Below, one piece after another: positions 1 to 9,300 of a stretch of DNA of 64,000 nt. The notes beneath the pieces were generated by a model. It saw only the letters and a list, made by a program, of their open reading frames with translations, had not been told where the DNA came from and did no database searches. Position numbers and translations under genes: made by a program. Position 1 is the first letter of the stretch; the number at the start of each line of letters is the position of its first letter. Source of the stretch: Raillietiella orientalis (Eukaryota); assembly GCA_036172245.1 (NCBI GenBank), contig JAYWIR010000032.1:2232001-2296000 (forward strand), read 5' to 3'.

Positions 1-207
1 GATGACAACAGTGTCTTTGTTGCAACACCCACTGTAACAACTCTCAGAGTCAAAGCCTCGGGCATTCTATTCACGTGTTTCCTTTCTCTTTTTAAAAGGC
101 TAGTAGCGACCTGGAAGGGAGACCGTTACTACTGTTCCTGGATGATTATCATCCGCTTATGAAGAAGCATCTATTACGTTAAGATGATGGGAACCACAAA
201 CATATAG

Positions 208-1790
208 TTTTGTAGTAGAACCGTTGGCTCTACCACGTGCAGTGAACCTGTCGAGGAGCGGTGCACAACTGGCGAGGACCTCTTCGGCAGGAAGAGGGAG
301 GGGAAAACAAAAACACACCAAAAAAAAAACACAAAAAAACAGGAGAGGGGGAATTATACGCGGGGAGCGGGAGGGAGGGGGACCGAGGAAGGGATCATAT
401 AGTACGCTGCCAGGAGTCCCCTGTTCAAGATGCCAGCAAGTTCCGTCCGGATAGCGCTCAGGTGTAGCCATCTCGAGGCAGTCCTTAGGAAGATTTGCGT
501 CCAGTGGATGTAGCCCCTGCCATTCTGGCCTCTTCTCCCCTTATTCCAGGCTACCATGATCCCGCGAACGCAACAAAGGACTTCGAGGAACGCAGCTGGT
601 GGCAAAGCGGCACGAGAGAAGAGGAGTTTCCAAATGTCCATGGGGGGCCGTCCGCTGGGATTCCTAGGATCGTCGCGAACCGATCCCAAAGGGGTCGAAG
701 GACAGCAAAGTTCAACAGGTATGGGAGAATCTCCTCTTTCCCTCACCTGTCGCACTGAGCGCCCACGCTCCTCCCCGTGTCCAGTGGTGAAGGCGCTCTT
801 TGCACGGGATTTCCCCATGCACCACCAGCAACTCCGACTCCTGCCGCTTGAGAGGGAGGGTGCCACTGCTCCAGCACGCTCGAGGCCACTTCACCTCTTC
901 CGGAGGGATGCCGAGTAACTCTCTTTAGCGTACAAGTCCGTGGGGTGTGAGATACTCGGGGATGCAGTGTCCGTCACATGTCCCTCCTTCTTTGCTACTA
1001 TGCAGCAAGTCACCTCCAACCTTGATTATGCTGTTTCTTGCGTCCCTTAGAGAAAGCAGCACTGGAGCAAGGGGGATAGACGAGGCCCACTGCATCTTCT
1101 GCAGGTTGCGAACGATTCCCCCAACGACTTGCGAGTGTTGATGCCTCGTTGCAGGCAGGCGTACCCCGCTTCGCCATGGATCTTCCCCCAGGTGAAGATC
1201 GACTCCTGGAGCCAAGCAGTGCAGTTCGCGGGGAGGCAAAAGATCCAGGTGTTCTCCTCTATCAAAGCAACCATCTGATATCCGCAACGCCTCAGCAATC
1301 TCTCGCGAGTGACGAGGAGGGATGTGAGTCCCTCTTAGCCTGTTGCTCTCTTTACAAGGAGCTGCGCTGGTGCGCACAAGGGTGTGGTCCATAACCTCGC
1401 CGCGAGAGCGAGTCTTCTGAGTTGGAGCTGACGCTCCATCCCCTCCAGCGTAAGGAGGCCCAGTCTGCCATCCTTACGCGGAGCACACAAGTCTTTGAGT
1501 CTGACTGGACCTCCCTTTGTCTCACAGGACTTTCCTCTGGAGGTCCTCGGTCTTCTTGACGTTAGGTGGAGCGGAACAAACAAAAAGCAGGGAGCGTAGG
1601 AGGGAAGCCGCAAACGAGTTCCACACCGCGACCCTTGGTTCCAGCAAGCAAGACTTGCCCTTCTGGAACGGGCTGAGCACCATCTCTACTTTTTGGAGAC
1701 GGTCGGACCAGGCTTCTGCTATGCAGAATTCTCCCAAAGCAACGTCAAGGTACTTGAAGTACCCTTGGATCCCCAAGAGAATCCAGTCAT
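208..1790 (-). mobile_element. 5'-truncated, decayed L1/Tx1-like non-LTR retrotransposon (family 1, copy A): end of RT to 3' terminus
   Basis: Minus-strand pieces read FKYLDVALG (RT motif 7, YLG), RVAVWNSFAASLL, LCAPRKDGRLGL (xPxxxGGLG-like) and ESELLVVHGEIPCKERL (zf-RVT-like). A T-rich 3' UTR follows, then a terminal hairpin at 212-236 and AAAA. The segment is homologous to 60610-61692. Confidence 0.8.
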
Positions 1791-1794
1791 TCCA

Positions 1795-3660
1795 TTGAGC
1801 TCACGTCTTATTGACCGGCAGCAATGACGACTTCTCCCTGAACTCCCCGGAAACGAGGTGAATGCGCTGATTGCAATGGAAACCCCAATGCAACAGCAGA
1901 AGCGCGTCCTGTTTCCATGGAAGGGGGAATATAGACGTGTTCACGCACGAGGGAGGGACCACAATTTCTTCTGGGGGACACACTCAGGAGATCGCTCCAC
2001 CGAAGGAGTCCCTTTGCACAACTACGAGGAGTGGTGTGTCAGCGTCTGTCGGCTCGCTAGTTCTCTAGCCGCCCAAAGGTCTTTGTTTCTCCAGCAAGTG
2101 TGCAGGAGACCTCACACCCGTCCGATAGGCAACTGAAATCTCTTGCCCTAAGGGAAGACAGCGCTACGGAAAGGGGCGCGTCGGCCAGGAGAGTCCACTT
2201 GTCCTGGTCCTGCAACACATCCTGCACCGGATAGTACGAGGAGAGATTCACGCAACGAAGCTACACAAGGGGCAGGCATTTCTTGATGCGTTTCCCAGGA
2301 CGACACCGTCTCCTGGCGACACGCATTAAAGTTCGTCAGGTGGCAGGAGATTCACGAATGCACTCTTAGGAGCGAGGCATGCGTCAGCAACGAGAGCAGT
2401 CCATCGCCACCAGTACAGCGCCGCAGCAGCACTAGATGTGCGGAGCACACCACGGAGTAGTCCAAAGCTTGGCACAAAGTATTAGCATGCAGAACTGCAC
2501 TAACAGCTCGATTTTGTCCATCGTCAGGAAATCTAAGCTGGCATCCCGACGCGGAGCCGCCAAGTTCTTGAGGCGGATCCTGGATCTCTCAGGTCCCCAC
2601 AGAGCGTCTCTCAACAGGCGTTCCGCCTGGAGCTTGGCTAATTAGGGCATCCCGTTTCACAAGAAAAACTTGCCACTTAGGATCGGCCTGAGCGCCGATT
2701 CTTCCTTTTGAAGGCAACTGGACCAGACTGCTGCTGTGCATAAGTCCTCCAACGGGACTCTCAAGTAATTCAGGTACCTGACCCTGGGGATCCCCAAGCG
2801 GATCCATTCCGGTTGCCCTTCCCACGCCACACCAACGGGAAGCGCCCTGTCTCGACTTGGCCCTGCCTATTTCTTTGCCATGACAGCTCCACGAGATGAG
2901 GCGGATCAGCCCGACGAATTCCTCGAGCGGCGCTGCCGAGGCTGACACGGGTAACAGAAGCAGAAGATCGACCGCATAGGCCGACACAGTAAGCGTGCCG
3001 GAGCACGAGCTGGTAAGGGCAGCAAGAGTTGTCTCTACGCTCTGGGCACCAACTCGAAGTAGATGCTGAAGAGCAACGTGCTCAGACTGTCTCCTCGCCG
3101 AATTCCCAGCCTCACCGGTACGCCGTACACGTGTTGACCTCTGGAAAAAAATTTTGATCATCGCGTTGCTCGAGAAGGAGCGCAAGTAGGCCAGGAGGAC
3201 ATCCGGGAATCCCATGCTTTCCAGAAGTTCCAAAAGGGCTCCTGGTCGGCCAGGCAGAACCTCTGCGCAGTCGCGTCCCGGTGGTGCTGTCGCGTACAAG
3301 GAGCAGTAAAATTGGTGTACATTTCTGCCGAAGATGAGCGCACTTAACCTTGGTCGTCCATTAAGTTGGTTGTTCCGGACTTCCAGGCTTGTCGCTTATA
3401 CCTGGCTTTCATCTTGGCCAGACGACGAAGGTCCGCCCATTTTGGCAAGCACCGGGCCTGGAGATACGCGCGCTCATTGCGTTTTCCCACACCAAACCCG
3501 GAGGGGAGGCGGTCTACAGGGAATTTCTTGAAAAACTCTCGAACCGAGAGCTTCGTCTGGTCCCAGTCTTCGAGTTGCTGCACGTTTACATCTCGCAGGA
3601 AATTGCGGGGGGTTCCTGCTGTCTCCGGGAGGTGGAGCCAATCTTTTGGTAGGCGCTACG
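1795..3660 (-). mobile_element. Decayed L1/Tx1-like non-LTR retrotransposon (family 1-related, copy B): RT core to zf-RVT region
   Basis: Contains LLESMGFP, LGIRRGDSLSTLLFSIYFE (QGxPLSP motif) and VSAYAVDL (YADD relic). LAAPRRDASL...AKLWTTPWCAP is paralogous to copy A ARLWTTPLCAP, and LLLLHWGFHCNQRI is zf-RVT-like. Many frameshifts. Confidence 0.8.
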
Positions 3661-3701
3661 CGCTAGAGGGGGGGGGGACCTTTCCCGCGTGGGAGGACTT
3701 C

Positions 3702-4693
3702 CAGATAAATTCGGTCGTGGTCCGACAACGCCGTGAGAGTCTTTTCACAATAACCGACCCACGAGCGCAGGTGATCGTGGGTCGGTTATTGCAGTCGCAG
3801 TCGCACGTGTGCATTGCTGAGCATTGCGTCGATCCTTTACGGGTATTCGAACCCGCAACACTTGGTCTTTCCCCAGGTCCGGCAAGGGGTGGGGTGAATT
3901 CCTCAAACGACACTGATTTAACAGTAACACGAACACATTATTGCAGACACTTTCCCAAGTGTTCCGCACACGACACTTCAAATCAGCAATCGTCACATTC
4001 TGTGTTTACTTTGGAAAATATCCCTCTGTTGGTGGAAGAGAGGTACTGGGGGGTCCACTCACTTAGGCTACTTCCGTCATCTCTTTCAAGATGTAGCGGT
4101 AAGTCTAGGCGGGTATCCTGACGCAGTTCCTGGACCCTATCTCCCTCTTGATGACTCCTTGGATGATGATCGCGGCAGGCGCTGTTTCTCCAATGTTCCT
4201 CATGTTTGTCCTTCCTATCACGATGCTCATGATGAACAGGGCATGGTGGTGCGAACCATGGGATTGTATCGGAGGACATTCCGGTCCCATTCAAACATTC
4301 CCACCAGGATCTCCATCTTCGTGCTCGTCTGAAGGCCGGTCACTGCCTTCAGCCTTGTCCAATCCTGGCGCAGCCTTGGGCAAGTGAAAACGTGGAGTTG
4401 GGTTTCCCTGTGTCCACAGGCCTCACAGAGCTCCTCTTGGCTGCTACCAGTCCAGTGTTTCAGTCGGGAGCCACTCAGGATGCCTCCGATTCAAGCATCA
4501 GCAGGTTATCCTCAGTATCTGGTGGTAAATCTGTCTCCCACATGGTCGTGCCAGCCGCCAACAGATTTCACCTTTCGGATCCCGTAGCGGCTGGCGACCT
4601 TGTTCAGTAGGTCCAGTTGGTCTTTCCAGCTGCTTGGTACCACTCGCGGGGACCGTAGCCACATGGGCAATAACGCGGTCCGCCATTTATCTG
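3702..4693 (-). mobile_element. Small structured non-coding element (tRNA-like SINE or MITE-like), split in two by the retrotransposon at 3868-4613
   Basis: CAGATAAAT at 3702-3710 and ATTTATCTG at 4685-4693 form an inverted pair. A B-box-like GGTTCGAATACCCG lies on the minus strand at about 3840-3853, and there is a perfect 17-bp hairpin at 3748-3791. The two halves rejoin across the TSD. Confidence 0.45.
3868..4613 (-). mobile_element. Short 5'-truncated L1/Tx1-like element (family 2, copy C) with target-site duplication
   Basis: MWETDLPPDTEDNLLML and ALFIMSIVIGRT...IPA*TYRYILK match the C-terminus of the 43-44.9 kb element (LWRSYLPADFKNDLLMF; APFITSIVVGRT...IPVWTYRYIVN). TSD is cacttggtctttcc 3859-3872 vs cagttggtctttcc 4614-4627 (13/14). 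It carries the family-2 3' terminal motif. Confidence 0.8.
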
Positions 4694-4749
4694 TACATCA
4701 CACCAAACATGTTTTTTAGACCATCTCCTGATTTCAATGTTAGAATCTC

Positions 4750-5870
4750 TCAAGAATCATTGTGTCATAAGAAATCCATATGTGCTCTAGAGAGCCACAA
4801 GTGGAGACCACGTGCTCAAAAGATACGAAGGGAATACATCTTCTACTCAGTTTACCAGACGAAACAGAGAACTTTACTCTGGATGGCAATCTCACCTTTC
4901 TGACACCTCCGGATCAACTCGCCACCAAGCTCTCCAGGAACATACTGCACGGGCTAGTCGCGAAAAGAATCCAATCGACAACCCCCTCAGGAGCAGCTGT
5001 CGGGGCATCCATCCATCCATCCATCCCCGCTATCACTAATGGAAAGACGACTATACCGAACGATGACGTACGCAGTTTATGGACAGCAGGGTGCTGAGTG
5101 CCTGGGAGAATGCAAGCGCCCTGGATATCTGAGCATGGTGAACCCAAAATAACGGTCAGAAATCGCCTTTGATGAAAATCTGAGGTGCAAATTTGCTTCT
5201 GGGGTACGCACCTGCCAACGTAAAAAAACACCCAGATCTGAGGAAAGCTACATCCTGTGTTGGATAACATTGTGCGCCCAAACACTTTTAGTAAAGATCA
5301 ATTGCGGCTATCTGACTACCGCTTCGTACACGCTGCCAGTCTAAATTGCAGAACTTTGTACGAGCGGCAGCTGCAATAAGCTAGGCCGAACGTGCAGCAG
5401 GCGCTCGGGACAGGAAGAGTCCTTGAAGCACGTCTTCAGTTACTGCGTGCGAAATTCCAAATGCACTGCAAAGACGTGACGATCTGATCAACCTCATCCA
5501 AGAAGCAACGCAAGGAAAACGGAAGTCGATGGTCCCAAACCAAGTCCGGGAAACGCCTTGAAAGCCCGTGGACTTGGGAGCTGCAAAATGAAGTGCAGTT
5601 ATCATACTCGAGGTTGCCTGCGATTATGCGGACTCGGCACTGAAAGAGGCGTAACAAGGAAAGGAGACTAAATACGGGAAAGTCCCTTCTGTCTTCCGCC
5701 AAGGTTCTTTCCAGAGGTGCACTGGTACGACCAGCACTGGAAGAGCACCAGGAATACGCTCTCTGGAATCTGAAGAACGTAGAGGTTGTGGGGGAATGTT
5801 GGATCCCTAGCATATGTGTAGGAAATATGAAGAGGATGATGGAGTGCACTAACCCAAGATAGTAGGAGCA
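4750..5870 (+). mobile_element. Possible decayed ORF1 (gag-like) of a non-LTR retrotransposon
   Basis: Broken, coding-like, CpG-rich sequence next to other TE relics. SGVRTCQ...ELCTSGSCNKLGRTCS loosely resembles the CxxC-GH-C knuckle region of L1/Tx1 ORF1. Confidence 0.3.
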
Positions 5871-6301
5871 CTTACTGTAGACACAGTCAAGTCAGAGCCC
5901 CTTAACAAAACGGAAAATTGTGAAGAATCCTCCCCAACACTTATTGCATGCACTAAAATTGAATAAAATTCTCCTCCACCCAGGGACTATACACTGCCAA
6001 GGTCCACATAAAATCAAACTTGTGCTACAGTACATGCCATTCAAGGTTCCATACTATAACCAAATAATTATGTATTTATGTACATGGATACATACAGAAA
6101 TAATATATAGAATATTTCACATTTCTAAAATCACATATGCAAATGTTTAGATAGACATACACCATCACTTCGGTTACTGGTTTTGCCATTTTTCATGAAC
6201 CACTGCCAACTTTAGTTACAAGAAGGCCACCATCTTCCTAATATCACAATGCTGGAATGTGCAGCAAAAAACATGGGATTTACTCTGGTGCCTCTTAATT
6301 T

Positions 6302-9300
6302 CTATTTGGCAAATGCTTCCATGGGAATTTTCCCCAGCCCATTCAAATGGGCAAACACCTGAGCGGCTTTTTCGTAATTCCAATCGTTTTCTTGCAAACA
6401 TCTGAAACGTACACTTGAATACCAAGAAAGCCTATTCCTGAACCCACTTGAGACTCCATTGATGGTTCATTCCTGACCGCTGCACAAAATCCATTACCAT
6501 TTTCAGCTGCAAATCAGATGCATCTGGTTGTACAGATACTGAAGGAGTAGGGCTAGATGATGGTGTTGGAGCAGGCTCTCGAAATGCTGACTGAGAATGG
6601 GCACAGCACTTCATCACATCTCTGCTCCGGCTAGGCTTACCTTAATCTCCTGCACTGTGGCATTGGTTACATGAAGTTGCTCATTGGTGACCACAACTCC
6701 ATTCCCCATGGGAACAAGCACAAAAGTTCGAAGGAAAGACCTGACTGGTGGATGACGCTCCTCGGGTTCTTTAAAAACACCACGCACAGAGAAGAACAAG
6801 AGTGTAGGCTGCATATATGCTGTCAGGAGGAACCCTTTGACTTTACCAGTATACATACACAGGCATATGGCATATCAATAGCAAAAGAGGACAAATCATG
6901 ATGCGTGTGGGGCAGGCTGCATAATGCACTGACAATCTGCCGGCGGCCATTAACCAGTCTTTCTTGCCGCCCATCTACACAAATAAGCAAACAAAAATAC
7001 ATATAACCATGGAAAATGAAAAGAAAACAAAAAGCTCACCAAAATCAGTGACCCTTAGCAAATTACGGTTGGAAGCCATGTAATTTGTTAATCTAAAAAC
7101 AAAAAACATTGAAAAACAAAGAACACACAATAAAAGTATCACCCTTAATACTTACTTTGAATTGTTGCTAGAAGTCCCAGGTGGATAGGATGCTGTCCAT
7201 GAAAAAACTGCTTTTTCATGGTATGCATTGATGAGGGCATTGCGGTCATTAGAATCGTAAATGTGAAAGTACTCATGGATGAACCGCAACACTATGGTGC
7301 GTGCTTCCTCATTACAAAAGAAACTTGACTGGGAGGGGGGAATTTGTGCTTCAGGTTCCTCCACATCAAATAAAATTGGGGGAGGAAGCTCTTTGTTATT
7401 CTACCCATAACAATTATATATCTCCCCTTCCACTTTTCTATGCTTACCAGTCGCAGTAGCCTGGGAAATTTCTGCCGAATTGCACTAAAACAGAAAAGGA
7501 AAAACGAAAGAAATGAGAACACACAAGCAAGGAAAAATGCAAACCGCAGCCCAAAGCTGCACTATCCACATGTAGATGATGGAAACGGTGAAGGACATTT
7601 GAACATGACATGCTGTTAACTTCACTTACTTTTGGTCATTGCTTGCAATTGGTCCCTACTGAAATTCCACAATCACCAACCAAACTTTTCATTCTGTTGA
7701 ACAGATCCAAGTGGATCTTGTTTACAAGCACACCAAAAAAAAAAGAAAAAAAAAAAAATGAAATGGTGAAAGGGGGATAACAAGAAAAGGGGGGAGCCTC
7801 CTCCAAGAAACAAAAAAAAAAAAAAAAAAAAAGGAACAAAGGGTCAATGTCAATGATACTTCAAAGCTGCTGCTACTGCATTTGTGCAGATCAACAGGGC
7901 ACTGGGTTCCCACAACCCATTGGTTGCTGATGATACACGGATTTGTTGCAAATGAATGCAATGCACCCCACAGACGAGAAGCAAAACTTCAACAAAACTG
8001 TTAGGTAATGAAGAACAGTACTGGCAAACTTGCAGATTTATAGTGGCTTGGGATGCTGACCATACAAACATCATCTGTGATTCAGTTCCACAAACAAACA
8101 TGACACAACAGTGGATTCTGGGACACAAGGTCAGCCAGTAACAGTGTCTATAAAAACAAGGAACAGAATGTTTTGAAGGGATGCATCGCCATTTATATAG
8201 ATGGACTGGTCTCTCTATGCTGAATTACAAGTTGACATCCAATCGATCCCACATTTGCTGGGACAACAATGTATAGATCCGCTTTCATGACAATAAATGC
8301 AACCAGGGTGGTCTGGCTTGCCAACTGTTCTCAACAAGATGCTTCAGACTTTCAATGACTGCTCCTTGAAAATAATTGGAAAAAAAAAAAAAAAGGCACG
8401 GAGCATAGATTTGTCAAACAGACAGATAGAAGCACAGATTACACTATTATGTCTTTCTTCACTTTCCTTTAACTTGAAACCTGCTTACACAGGAAAAAAG
8501 GACAAAAATACAAAAAAAAAAAAAAATACAGCAACAACAAAGAGCAGAAATACAGAGACAATATAAGTGACCAATCACTAAACCCCAGAAGAGCACTGAT
8601 ATTAACCACATAACTAAGTTAGATGACACACAGAACTGCAACTGGTGCAAGGAATCAGCAAACAAATCATGGAATTGAAAATGAGAGGACTCAGAATCCA
8701 GTCTCCCATGTGTTTTCTGCACAATGGTTGCATTGAAAATGTTCTGGTCCAGATTAGCAGGAGCATCCATGGAGTTCTTATAACGATGACACCAACCAAC
8801 ACACTCCAGCAACCCACAATACATATGGAGAACAAAGTTGGCATATGCTGTATTGCTACATGCTAAACTTCTGAAGGAAGGCTATATCATTTCAAATACA
8901 AAAAAAAAAAAAGTTCAGGACTCAATATTCATTCATTCATCCATCAGCTTAGTAGAAAAAAAAAAATCCCTTACTAAAGAAACACTCACACACTACATTT
9001 CAAGTCTCTACATTGCAATCAACTTGCACAAGCAAATGGGTCAAGCAGCAAATATCTTGTATTATGTCCATCAAGATTTCCAACAACTGAACTGTGAGAC
9101 TTGTTTATAATTATCTCAACAAGGAGCAGATAAGCTACATGTTACCTGACAAAGGAAGCCTCATCTTTATAACGGCTGACTAATGGATTGCCTTCCAAAT
9201 GCAACTCTTCTAAAGGAAGTTCTTTGATAGGATCCAGTCGGTTCATGTTTTCTAACTACAATCCAATGCACAAGTGTAAAAATTTTACATGTTCAAATAA

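Noticed and set aside
8445..8460. AAGACA (CTE core hexamer) in the NXF1 cassette intron
   Set aside because: A single hexamer without the paired internal-loop context is expected by chance in 1.6 kb.
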